DNA of 64,000 bases, taken from assembly GCA_963702535.1 (NCBI GenBank), contig CAVPDG010000025.1, positions 237,315 through 301,314 of the forward strand. Reading direction: 5' to 3'. Made by a program: the position numbers and the translations under genes. Positions within the stretch are counted from its first letter, which is position 1. Every line of letters starts with the position of its first letter. Below are positions 53,572 through 62,574 of the stretch, piece by piece. Under the pieces are notes generated by a model. That model was not told where the DNA came from. It was given only the letters and a program-made list of their open reading frames with translations, and ran no database searches. Origin of the DNA: an uncultured Chloroflexia bacterium. GTDB taxonomy: Bacteria; Chloroflexota; Anaerolineae; Anaerolineales; UBA4823.

Positions 53572-54734
53572 ATGCCCATGGACCGCATTGGCATCGGCAT
53601 GGTCGGGTACGGCATGATCGGGCGGGTACACTGCCTGGGATATCGCGACCTGCCTATCCTTTACCCGGGTCAGCTCCCCCATTTGCAGCTTGCCGCAGTC
53701 TGTACCCAGCACGCAGAAACCGCCCAAGCTGCCGTCCTGGAAGCCGGCTTCCAGGCATGGTATACGAATTATGCTGACCTGCTCGCAGATGGCGCCGTCG
53801 ACGTTATCGACTGCTGTGTGCCGAATGACGCCCATTACGCCGTCATCAAGCAAGCCTTACTTGCCGGCAAGCACGTCTACTGCGATAAGCCGCTGGCGCT
53901 GAACGCCGCCCAGGCAAGCGACCTGGTGCAGGTTGCACAAACGACAGGCATGCAGGTGGGTATGACCTTCAACTATCGCTTCCTTCCTGCAATCCTGCGC
54001 GCCCACGAGATCCTTAGCGCCGGCGAGCTGGGCGAGATAACCTCTTTTCGCATCGACTATCTGCACAGCGGTTACCAGAATCCATCTCGCCCGATGGGCT
54101 GGCGGCTGCGCAAAGAGCGAGCGGGCGGCGGCGCCCTGGTTGACATCGGCTCGCATGTCATCGATCTCCTCCGCCACCTGCTCGGTGAAGTTGAATCGCT
54201 TCACTGTTCTACACGCACATTCATCCAACAGCGGCCTGTTTCACAGGGGGCGAAGTGAGATGGAAAGCGTAGCAGGTGGACGATGCAGCCTGGGTGCAGG
54301 CGCGCCTGGGCAACGGCGCCGAAGGCAGTCTGCACGTCAGCCGCTTTGCCACCGGCGCGCAGGATGACCTCAGCCTCGAGATCTACGGCAACCTGGGCGG
54401 GCTGCGCTTTAATCTCATGGACCCCAACTGGCTTTACTGGTACGACGCCCGCCGTCCGGAGGGAGCAACCGGCGGTGAGCGGGGCTGGACAAGAGTAGAG
54501 ACAGTTCAGCGCTATCCCGGCGCCAGCGGCTTGCCTGCCAGAGCCCCCGTGGGCTGGGGCAGGACGCATGCCGAGAACCAGTACGCCTTCTTACGAGCTT
54601 TGCACCTGGGTAAGCAGTGCTCGCCGGGTATTCTGGATGGTTATATCAATCACCTGGTCATCGAGGCAGCTTACGCATCGGCGGAAACCGGAAGTTGGGT
54701 GAGAGTACCCGGGGGTCCAGAAGATGCTGATTAA
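53572..54734 (+). CDS. Gfo/Idh/MocA family oxidoreductase; two frame breaks (~54250, ~54275)
   Basis: Rossmann N-terminus IGIGMVGYGMIGRVH, EKPLA-like DKPLALN. C-terminal domain VDDAAWVQARLGNGAEGSLHVSRFATGAQDDLSLEIYG lies in ORF 54276..54734. Confidence 0.8.
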
Positions 54735-55119
54735 AAATGGCTGCGTGTTGCACTTCAACCGTCTTGAATCTGGCAAGGATGTCCGCATCCAGGCAGGGAA
54801 GATCAGCGCCGTTGCAGAGAAACTCACACCGCAGGCAGGTGAGGAAATATTGGATGCCAACGACTTGTATGTCTTGCCTGGTCTGATCGACCTGCATACC
54901 CACGGACTGAAGGATGTCTTCGTCCAGGACGGCGGCTGGAGGGAATTTTCCCGCCTGCAGGCAGAGCAAGGGGTCACCGGCTGCCTGCCGACCTTGTTTT
55001 CCGGTCCCGAGGTGATCATCCAGTCGCTTCAGACTGCCTTGCAGGACACCGTGGCGAAGCTGGTTGCCCTGCTGCGCGAGTACGCCGCCTGGGACCCACA
55101 CTCCGGCGACCTGCCGTGA
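54724..55119 (+). pseudogene. 5' fragment of a metal-dependent amidohydrolase (NagA / dihydroorotase-like), truncated after ~130 aa
   Basis: MLIKNGCVL...ILDANDLYVLPGLIDLHTHGL... is the HxH metal motif of the amidohydrolase superfamily. Full-length members are roughly three times longer, and here the ORF stops 31 nt before the tRNA-like element. Confidence 0.6.
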
Positions 55120-55150
55120 GGTAGCTTTTCAGGTATAATCACTGCCAGAC

Positions 55151-55224
55151 GCCCCCGTAGCTCAATGGACAGAGCATCTGACTTCGGATCGATTGGGTTT
55201 GAGACGAGTTCAGGAAACGGGGCA
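55151..55224 (+). pseudogene. tRNA-Arg(TCG)-like gene, canonical only through the anticodon loop (3' half degenerate)
   Basis: GCCCCCG-TA-GCTC-AATGGACA-GAGC-A-TCTGA-CTTCGGA fits acceptor, D arm and anticodon stem-loop. From 55191 the anticodon stem complement (TCAGA) and a pairing T arm are absent. Only remnants remain (TGGGTTTGAGAC, CGGGGCA). TATAAT at 55134-55139 lies upstream. Confidence 0.6.
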
Positions 55225-55281
55225 GAAGCCCTCGAACAGTACCATTTGATTGCCTGAAAAACGAGTCAGATGCCCTATTTT

Positions 55282-55320
55282 AGGACATTCGCAACCCCGC
55301 GAATGTCCTTTTTCATTTTC
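55282..55320 (+). terminator. rho-independent terminator
   Basis: AGGACATTCGC - AACCCC - GCGAATGTCCT followed by TTTTCATTTT. Confidence 0.75.
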
Positions 55321-55382
55321 CGGGAGCATCTAACTCGACAGATCTTAGAAGGCGAATGTTTTAACATTTGAAGGAGACAGAT

Positions 55383-56336
55383 ATGGACATCACCCTGGAA
55401 CAGGCAATCAAGGGATTCCGGCTCTATAATGAGGCAGCCGGAAGGTCAAAGAAGACCTACCTATGGTATGACAAAAACCTAAATTTTTTTCAAAACTGGC
55501 TGGAAAAACAGATCAAGCATAAACCATATCTTAGCGAGATTACTACCGAGTTGCTTCGCAGCTACCTGACACTATTGCGGTCTGAAGCAGAACAATCAGA
55601 ATTACACCCAGAGCTACTTCCCAAGAAACGGATCCGTTCTCTCCGCACCGTGCGGGGCTATTACGCCAGCCTCTCGGCTTTCTTCAACTGGGCAGTTCGA
55701 GAGGATTTGATCGCACAATCGCCGATGAAAAACATCGCCCGCCCCAAAGTACCGCGTTACATCCCCGATCCCTTCAGTGAGCAGGAAATCCGCGCTCTAC
55801 TCACAGCATGCAAATCGATGACTGATCGCAGTTCGCTTAGAATGATGGCGATGCTGTTATTCTTATTAGATAGCGGGACACGGGTTGGCGAGATGCTGAA
55901 GCTCAAGTTAGCCGATCTCAACCTTGAGCAAGGCCGTGCAAAAGTAATGGGCAAGGGTGCTAAAGAACGCTATGTATATTTCGGTAAAGCCACCAAGCGG
56001 ATTCTATGGCGTTATATTAGCCTGGCGCGACCAGAGCCAATGCCAAATGTAGAGAATCTCTTCCTGACTTTTGATGGACGACCTATTGCACAGCGCCAAT
56101 TCAGTCACATGCTTTCAAAGCTGGGAGAGGCTGCGGGTGTTAATAAGGTCCACCCCCATCGCTTTCGACGAACCGCGGCAGTTCAATTCTTGAGGAACGG
56201 AGGGAATATCTTTGCCTTACAGAAATTGCTGGGGCATGAATCTCTGGAGATGGTTCGCCGGTATGTAGAGCTGGCTTCGAATGACGTAGCTGAGGCTCAC
56301 CAAAAAGCCAGTCCTGTTGACGGGTGGAGGTTATAA
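55383..56336 (+). CDS. tyrosine recombinase / phage-type integrase (XerC/D-like)
   Basis: ATG 55383 lies 6 nt after AAGGAG. N-terminal SAM-like domain. Catalytic residues appear in ...LDSGTRVGEML (R), ...HPHRFRRTAA (HxxR), ...LLGHESLEMVRRYV (H..Y). Confidence 0.9.
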   Translation: MDITLEQAIKGFRLYNEAAGRSKKTYLWYDKNLNFFQNWLEKQIKHKPYLSEITTELLRSYLTLLRSEAEQSELHPELLPKKRIRSLRTVRGYYASLSAFFNWAVREDLIAQSPMKNIARPKVPRYIPDPFSEQEIRALLTACKSMTDRSSLRMMAMLLFLLDSGTRVGEMLKLKLADLNLEQGRAKVMGKGAKERYVYFGKATKRILWRYISLARPEPMPNVENLFLTFDGRPIAQRQFSHMLSKLGEAAGVNKVHPHRFRRTAAVQFLRNGGNIFALQKLLGHESLEMVRRYVELASNDVAEAHQKASPVDGWRL

Positions 56337-56358
56337 AGCGTACCAGTAGTGCACCAAC

Positions 56359-56670
56359 TTATTCGCCGATTGCAGTCCTTTGATAGATTTTCACCTCACG
56401 ACAGATCCGCTCACCCAATTCCTTCTCCGCCAGCTCGAGATCATAGCGCACCTGCATCCGCAACCAGACGGCAGCGCTGGTTCCAAAATAGCGCCCCAGC
56501 CTCAGCGCCGTATCGGCTGTGATAGAGCGCTGCCCATGCACGATCTCGCTGATCCGAATTGGCGACACACCGATGTCCTTCGCTACGCGATACTGGCTCA
56601 AACCGAGCGGCTTCATGAAATCCTCGAGCAGCACTTCGCCAGGGTGAATTGGTGAAAGTATCTCATTCAT
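56359..56670 (-). CDS. higA: HigA-family antitoxin (XRE HTH)
   Basis: 103 aa. IHPGEVLLEDFMKPLGLSQYRVAKDIGVSPIRISEIVHGQRSITADTALRLGRYFGTSAAVWLRMQ is the typical HigA/VapI pattern. Confidence 0.85.
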   Translation of the reverse strand: MNEILSPIHPGEVLLEDFMKPLGLSQYRVAKDIGVSPIRISEIVHGQRSITADTALRLGRYFGTSAAVWLRMQVRYDLELAEKELGERICREVKIYQRTAIGE

Positions 56671-56681
56671 ACCTATACCTC

Positions 56682-56966
56682 TCAGGAGTGGTAATCAACA
56701 ATTTCAACGTTTCTAGCCTTGCCATCAATCCATTCAAAACAGATTTGCCATTGGTCATTGATCCGGATACTGTATTGACCGGCTCGATCTCCCTTGAGTT
56801 TTTCAAGTCGGTTACCAGGCGGCGCATGCAAGTCCTGCAAATCCTCTGCACTGTCGAGATAGATCAATCTCCGTCGGGCAACGCGTTGGATATCCGGAGG
56901 TAGTTTTTGTGATAATTGACCGAGGAATATCTTCTCCGTTTCTTTCGATGCGAAGGATTCGATCAT
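56682..56966 (-). CDS. higB: HigB-family toxin (RelE/ParE superfamily, plasmid maintenance system killer type)
   Basis: 94 aa from MIESFASKETEKIF...PPGNRLEKLKGDRAGQYSIRINDQWQICFEWIDGKARNVEIVDYH. Toxin-first order, 11-nt spacer to higA. Confidence 0.85.
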   Translation of the reverse strand: MIESFASKETEKIFLGQLSQKLPPDIQRVARRRLIYLDSAEDLQDLHAPPGNRLEKLKGDRAGQYSIRINDQWQICFEWIDGKARNVEIVDYHS

Positions 56967-57079
56967 CGATGCAATGATATCACGCTGCGATATTATTATC
57001 AAGCGATAATAGAGCAATATATATCGCATGGATTCATATTGCCCTGAACTCAAGGGAGATCGTTCAATAAGTATCTAGC

Positions 57080-57250
57080 TCACCGCCCAGGCGTACGGCA
57101 GCCGTAAAATTTTTCAGGATTGGAGGGAATAGCTTTGCCTTGCAGAAATTACTGGGGCACGAAATGCTGGAGATGGTGCGCCGTTACGTTGAGCTGGCTT
57201 CCGATGACGTGGCTGAAGCTCACCAAAAAGCCAGCTCTGTGGATGGGTAG
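57080..57250 (+). pseudogene. 3' remnant of a second, related integrase gene
   Basis: Reads ...PRRTAAVKFFRIGGNSFALQKLLGHEMLEMVRRYVELASDDVAEAHQKASSVDG-stop, collinear with the last ~57 codons of the intact integrase (56150-56336). Roughly 85% nucleotide identity by eye. No 5' part. Confidence 0.8.
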
Positions 57251-57265
57251 AGGTTATGGGGAATA

Positions 57266-57274
57266 TGCTATAAT
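57266..57274 (+). promoter_or_regulatory. extended -10 promoter (TGCTATAAT) of the phd-vapC operon
   Basis: TGcTATAAT lies 37 nt upstream of ATG 57312. An ACAATTGT palindrome and SD GGAGG sit between. Confidence 0.5.
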
Positions 57275-57311
57275 GTATCTACAATTGTGGACACATAACT
57301 TGGAGGTATAT

Positions 57312-57563
57312 ATGCAAACCGTGGGTATACGCGAATTGAAGCAACGCGCCAGTGAATTAATCCGCCGGGTACGAGAAGAAGGTACTGAGATTCAGGTCAC
57401 CTACCGAGGTGAGGTAGTTGCCTTGCTCATCCCTGTCACCCACCCTACCCCACAGAAAGAAGCTCAAGCCTGGGCGGAGATCGATCACCTGGCAGCAGAG
57501 ATTGGGGCTCGCTGGCCTGCCGGCGTGTCTGCGGCGGAGGCGGTCACTGAGAGCCGACGATGA
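57312..57563 (+). CDS. Phd/YefM-family antitoxin
   Basis: 83 aa. MQTVGIRELKQRASELIRRVREEGTEIQVTYRGEVVALLIP is the characteristic Phd/YefM N-terminus. Confidence 0.8.
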   Translation: MQTVGIRELKQRASELIRRVREEGTEIQVTYRGEVVALLIPVTHPTPQKEAQAWAEIDHLAAEIGARWPAGVSAAEAVTESRR

Positions 57564-58045
57564 GCATGCAATTTAATCCACCATCGAGTGCTTCAGGTGA
57601 CATCAACGATGATGACCCAATGCCCGACTTTATTGTCCTTGACGCCAGCGTTTGGGTCTCTCGCTTGGTTCAAAAGGATGTTTTTCATCGAGCCGTTAAG
57701 GCATGGATGGATAAGCAACGTTCTGAAGGAGTGATTTTCCTCTCACCAGCATTGCTCCTCCCCGAAGTTGCTGGAGCAATTTCTCGCCGTACAGGTGAGC
57801 CGTATTTGGCGAGAAATGCTACTGCCTCCTTGATGCGTCTGCCAGGTCTGCGGCTTGTCGAAATGGATCAATCTCTGGTGCAGGAGGCAGCCCGCTTGGC
57901 GGCTGACCTGGGGTTGCGTGGCGCTGACTCTTTTTATGTTGCAGTAGCAGCCCGATTACGCCTGCCCCTCATCACGCTGGATGAAGATCAGAAGACCAAG
58001 GCTGATACAGTGTTCGCTGTGCATACTCTGGATAAGCCCATGTAG
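57560..58045 (+). CDS. vapC: PIN-domain toxin (VapC family)
   Basis: The ATG overlaps the antitoxin stop (ATGA). Acidic PIN residues appear in FIVLDASVW, LLLPEVAG, RGADSFYV, ITLDEDQ. An alternative internal start lies at 57620. Confidence 0.8.
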   Translation: MSMQFNPPSSASGDINDDDPMPDFIVLDASVWVSRLVQKDVFHRAVKAWMDKQRSEGVIFLSPALLLPEVAGAISRRTGEPYLARNATASLMRLPGLRLVEMDQSLVQEAARLAADLGLRGADSFYVAVAARLRLPLITLDEDQKTKADTVFAVHTLDKPM

Positions 58046-58052
58046 ATTTTAC

Positions 58053-59009
58053 TCAAAATGCGAAATACAGCCTGCGTTTGTTTAAGTAGCGCCCTACCCA
58101 GCTCAAAATGCCAATCTGTGCCGAGAGCTGGAGGACGACCAGCCAGAAAGGCGCCTGCACATACCAGATTGGGATTGGAGGTAAGGCAAACACCGCGAGC
58201 AAGGCATAGTGCAGCAGGTAGAGAAGAAGTGGATTACGACCCCAGTCGCTTAGGATAGGCAGCCTAAACTGCCACTGCTCCTGCATGAGATGAATTAGGT
58301 AGAAAACCAATCCACTCAGCCCCAGGCTAAGGATGGCATAGCTGGCTGAGGCGCGGTCTTTGCTCAGTGGTATCAGCAACGACAGCGCCAGACCTGCTAT
58401 CACCAGTCCACCCGATACCAGAGGATATGCACGCTGGTTGATCCAATCGTCGTGGAAAAGGTCTGCTAACGCAGTCGCTAGGATGAGCATCGCTCCCCAG
58501 CTCAATGCCCCCCACGGCCCGTTGTGGGGCGCTACAAGCACTTCCTGCAGCCAGAAGCGGTCCAACAGGATCTGATAACCTGCCAGAATGGTCAGCCCAA
58601 TACCCCAGCGCCAGGTTGTGGAGAGGTGTATAAAAGGTAGCGCAATTAAACCAGCCGCACCAAGCGCCTGCAGTAGCCCCCAGTTGACGCTAGGCGGCTG
58701 GATGCCTGACAACTGCCAGACCAGGGTGATCAGGTATCCCATGCCGATCAATGCCAGGTAGCGGGTCAGGAAGTGCTGGTAAGTATCCCAGGCGCCCAAT
58801 TTATCCATTCTGCGGCGGAAGGAGAGCCCATACGTCAGCCCCATGGCAAACACGAACATCGGCGCGATCAGGTCTATCGCCGTGTAGCCAATGTCATCAG
58901 CGTGCTTTAGCCACGCTGGGATGACCCTGACGTTGTTCATGTAATTGGCCAGGATCATCAGCAGGATGGCAAAACCTCGGTACTGGTCAATTGCTTCCAG
59001 TCGTTTCAT
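58053..59009 (-). CDS. polytopic membrane protein, DUF1624 / heparan-alpha-glucosaminide N-acetyltransferase-like
   Basis: 318 aa with about 9-10 TMs. N-terminus MKRLEAIDQYRGFAILLMILANY matches the conserved R.GF start of that acyltransferase family (from memory). Confidence 0.55.
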   Translation of the reverse strand: MKRLEAIDQYRGFAILLMILANYMNNVRVIPAWLKHADDIGYTAIDLIAPMFVFAMGLTYGLSFRRRMDKLGAWDTYQHFLTRYLALIGMGYLITLVWQLSGIQPPSVNWGLLQALGAAGLIALPFIHLSTTWRWGIGLTILAGYQILLDRFWLQEVLVAPHNGPWGALSWGAMLILATALADLFHDDWINQRAYPLVSGGLVIAGLALSLLIPLSKDRASASYAILSLGLSGLVFYLIHLMQEQWQFRLPILSDWGRNPLLLYLLHYALLAVFALPPIPIWYVQAPFWLVVLQLSAQIGILSWVGRYLNKRRLYFAF

Positions 59010-59109
59010 GCGCTAGAAATATGTCATTCCGAACCCCGGAAGGGTGAGGAATCCCTGCTAGATAGCCTGAACAGGGGTTTATTCCGGGATTTCTCGTAGC
59101 TGTATTGAA

Positions 59110-59259
59110 TTATTCTTTCGCTTTCTCTGCTTCCACAACTTCTTTTGCGGTTGTCTCAACAACCTGCTGGCTGGCGGGTTGGGTGGATTTTTTGCGGCGA
59201 TAATATCCGATGAAATAGCCAGCTACCCCGGCAATGATCAGTAGCAGTAGTAGTTCCAT
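59110..59259 (-). CDS. possible 49-aa single-TM protein
   Basis: ATG 59259 preceded by AGGAAA. MELLLLLIIAGVAGYFIGYYRRKKSTQPASQQVVETTAKEVVEAEKAKE. Too short for the ORF track. Confidence 0.35.
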   Translation of the reverse strand: MELLLLLIIAGVAGYFIGYYRRKKSTQPASQQVVETTAKEVVEAEKAKE

Positions 59260-59421
59260 AGCTTATTTCCTTTCATTATTCGATAATATTTCATCCGAAT
59301 TGAGCTTTAAGATAACCCAGGGAATGCTGTCCAGGGGGACATCTCAAATGCTGGTTTGAGCAAATTCGTAACACGCTCAGGATATCCTATGAGCGCCAGA
59401 GGGAGGCGCACATCGCGAAAC

Positions 59422-59453
59422 CTTAGGTGTGGGATAGAAATCCCACACCTAAG
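59422..59453. other. perfect 14-bp hairpin in the intergenic region
   Basis: CTTAGGTGTGGGAT - AGAA - ATCCCACACCTAAG, about 160 nt downstream of the stop of gene 59612..60571 on the minus strand. No strong T-tract. Confidence 0.4.
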
Positions 59454-59611
59454 TTACTACATCTTCCTTAAACACGCTTGATATCCCGGAGGATCATCCA
59501 ACTTGCAAACTCAAGCGCATCATCTTAGGGTCAGGTTGTGGTGAAGTGTTTTAACGTAACCCTTTTACAAATCTACTACCAGTCAACGAGGCAGTTCAAC
59601 CAACCCATCAG

Positions 59612-60571
59612 CTAGCTGGTGATGATCTGTGGAAGCTGCTTCGCCTGATCGATCCAGCTCTTGATCTTGGATACGCCTGCAACATCGCGCACCAAGTTCT
59701 TGTTGGTATTGACAGCAGCCAATCGCTCGTGCAAGCTGGCTGCCTCTTGTTGGGCGAGCTCGCCTACCGTGCCCACACCTGCCGCCTGAAGAAGCTCACC
59801 ATATTGCGCGCCAATTCCCTTAACGCGCGAGAGATCGATGGCGCTTACCCAACTGCTGATGAGCTTCTCGCTGATCTTGCTTTGCTCGGCAATCTCAGCT
59901 CTGCCTGCTTTCGTCGCGCCGCGGTCCAGCAGTGCTTGCTTGGTGGCAATTCCTACGGAAGCCAGGGTGGCGCTTCGGGCAGGACCTATTCCTTCGACGG
60001 TAGTCAAACGGCCACCTAAACCTGTAACCACTGCAACATCCTCTTCGGCGACAGGCTCGACGTCGGTCGATTCCTCTACCTGCTCCATGGTTTGCTCAGG
60101 TACCAGGTAGTTTTCGACTTTCCCTCCCAGGCTGGTCAGCTCGGCTGAGGTGGGATATACCTCGATTTCATCTGCCATGACCACAACCGCTGCGCCGCCA
60201 TCCTGAAGGAATTGCTCTAGGCGTTCCTTATCAGCATCGGTCAAGCCCAGGCTCTTGTGGAACAACGCTCCCAACACCGCGCCACCGGCCGCTCCAGCCA
60301 CGGCACCACCGATGAGTGTGACGCCACCGGAGAGAATACCCGTGACAGCACCCAAAGCAATCCCCCACTTCGCTCCGGTTCCACCGGCGCGAGAACCAAC
60401 CTTGCGCGTCTTAACCTTGTTCTTCTTCCAGGTCAGAATGCCGATACCGCCCAGCTTGATATCCTTGTTGGCTTTATCCCATTTCTTGAGCTGTTTCGCA
60501 GCATCAAGGGCAGCTTCCGGATTAGGGAAGTAGCTGATGATAACGTGCTTGTTCTTGTTACTCATGATCAA
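59612..60571 (-). CDS. DUF1269-like glycine-zipper membrane domain fused to two helix-hairpin-helix (DUF4332-like) repeats
   Basis: 319 aa. N-terminal HVIISYFPNPEAALDAAKQLKKWDK...GGIGILTW, a Gly-zipper GIALGAVTGILSGGVTLIGGAVAGAAGGAVLGAL, and a C-terminal duplicated ...VEGIGPARSATLASVGIAT... / ...VKGIGAQYGELLQAAGVGTVGELA.... Confidence 0.6.
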   Translation of the reverse strand: MIMSNKNKHVIISYFPNPEAALDAAKQLKKWDKANKDIKLGGIGILTWKKNKVKTRKVGSRAGGTGAKWGIALGAVTGILSGGVTLIGGAVAGAAGGAVLGALFHKSLGLTDADKERLEQFLQDGGAAVVVMADEIEVYPTSAELTSLGGKVENYLVPEQTMEQVEESTDVEPVAEEDVAVVTGLGGRLTTVEGIGPARSATLASVGIATKQALLDRGATKAGRAEIAEQSKISEKLISSWVSAIDLSRVKGIGAQYGELLQAAGVGTVGELAQQEAASLHERLAAVNTNKNLVRDVAGVSKIKSWIDQAKQLPQIITS

Positions 60572-60814
60572 TTCTCCTTTTTGATTATATGATTTGAATG
60601 TAATGGATGAATCCCATCCATGGAGAGGGAACCCTCTCGGTATCGAATTGAATGAAAACCTTTATCCTTTGCAATAAGCAACTCCTTTCCAACACTCAGG
60701 TCTTGCTTGAGACTGTTGCGTGTCAAATCATTACTGAACCAGAAACTCACCCTGCCTTGAGAGGAGCCACAGATCAGGCTTCGACCAGAAACTGGATGGC
60801 ATATCGCTCGAGCA

Positions 60815-62537
60815 TCATGGTCGTAGCAGCTCGAGGTCGGTGACGAAGATCGCCCCTGAATCAGTGGCATCAAAAACCAGGGAGATTGCCTGTATGTTGC
60901 TCAGATCAACGCCAGAAAACGCGGTCATTGGCACGCGGATCGAGCTCAGGATCACGTGGTTGTCCCAGGTATCCACCTTGATAGAATCATCAAATCCCTT
61001 CTTTCCGGCAGGGAAAGCAAGAGCTGGTTCATCCTTTAAAGTGACAGAGGCCGTTTTTTCTTCACCATCTGTCAAACGCAGGGAAAATGACTGGGGCTGT
61101 CCCTGCTCGTTCAGCGGATTGAGCGGGTCAACGGCAGCGCGCAAATGCAGATTCTCATATCCAGTCAGGTCCCGTTTTCCTTCTGGGAGGTCTAGCGAAT
61201 AGATGCCTCCCACCCCATTCCAGGCAAGTGCCAGCTCCCCTGGGCTCCCGGGTTGGTTGAAGCGCAGGCGGCAGGTTTCCATTTTTTCCTCCGCCAGAAC
61301 ATATCCGGGTCCACAGTCCACTCCCGTAACTATCCCTTTGGCGCTATCTCCACTCAGAGGTAACACCCATCGCTGTGCGGTCGGGAGTGCCGGGGATGTG
61401 AGCACCGTGCGTTCAAAAAGCTTCGCCGGGGCGGGCTGTGAAGGATCAATGCCGATTAAAGCTATATTCGCACCATCCCTACCCAAAACTGCGTCGAAGA
61501 AATGGGTTGCATAATCCACCAGAAAACCTTGCTGAGCTTCTTCGGGCAGGAGCGCACCATCACAGATACTGCTGGCATTCCCAAGCGTCTCATCCGCGAG
61601 CAAGGTATTGAACCGGTTGTGATTCATAAACGGCAAGAAAACCGATACAGCCAGATCGTCACTCTCTGGTTTCTGGCGTGCAAATTCATAGTAGAATTGC
61701 CCGCCCAGGTCAGCGACATCTCGATCGCAAGCTGGCAAAAGCACGGCTAAAGGCAAAGAAGCCTCTATGTCATGAGGGCTGGTGGCCGAAGGCGCCAGCA
61801 AGATAGCAGCCGCGATGGGACCCTGCCCGGCGCTGATTTGCTCTGGCGCCGTGCGATCGGCGCGGCTTTCAATGATCCAACTCACACCTTCGCCTCCCGC
61901 CGAATGACCAAGGATGACCAGCTGCTTCCAATCCACCCGCCCGGTCAGGTCGACACCCAGACCCACATCTTCTCCTTTGGTCGCCGCAGCGATTTTCGCC
62001 AGATATTGATCAAGCAGGACGGGCAGGCGTTGATTCGATGCCGGCTGGCCATATGCTGCCACGTAGGCGGGATTGGCATTGAGGCTGACGGCGACAGAGC
62101 CGTCCTCGGCCAACGCTTCGATCAGGTACGCAAAGCCTTGATAATTGGGGACCTCCTCTCCGGGACAGGGCCAGGTTGCCGTATAACCATCGGGGGATGG
62201 ACAGCCTATGTCGTGACTGCCATGGATGATAATAACAATTGGCAAGTTATCACCTGTGGGCGGTACAGCAATCAACCCGTTGAGCCGGACGGGCATATTG
62301 CGGAACTCTTCGAGGGATGCCCATGGCTGTGCGATCATACTTTCACCCAGGTCAAAAGGCACAGCCTTTAATTCTGCTGATTACTATTGGTGCTTGTGTG
62401 CCTATTTCCGTCAGTGTTGCAGCTGGGGGGCTGATGGTTGATATGGGAGGCGCAGTATCCGCCATGTAACATCCAGCCGACAATATAACGCTGGTCAGGA
62501 GGACAGCAAAACAGGAGATTTTCGGTCTAATGGGCAT
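60815..62537 (-). CDS. alpha/beta hydrolase lipoprotein with C-terminal beta-rich domain; frame break near 62365
   Basis: ORF 62352..62537 gives the signal and lipobox (VILSAGC). ORF 60815..62362 carries PIVIIIHGSHD and the nucleophile elbow VILGHSAGGEG. The C-terminal ~150 aa form a separate beta-rich domain. Confidence 0.7.
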
Positions 62538-62574
62538 ACGTGAACTCTACATTAGCAAGATAGCTACCGATGAG

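Noticed and set aside
55151-55280. The idea that tRNA-Arg is intact but interrupted by an intron after the anticodon loop, because TCAGA reappears at 55266-55270.
   Set aside because: After that TCAGA there is no T arm and no acceptor 3' strand; a terminator hairpin follows. The ~75-nt insert is far too short for a bacterial group I intron.
59020-59100. GTCATTCCGAACCCCGGAAGGGTGAGGAATCCC..., resembling the widespread GTCATTCCGAG...GAGGAATC intergenic hairpin repeat family.
   Set aside because: Only a 5-bp stem is actually formed here and I see a single copy in the window. The resemblance rests on memory of the family and cannot be verified without a search.
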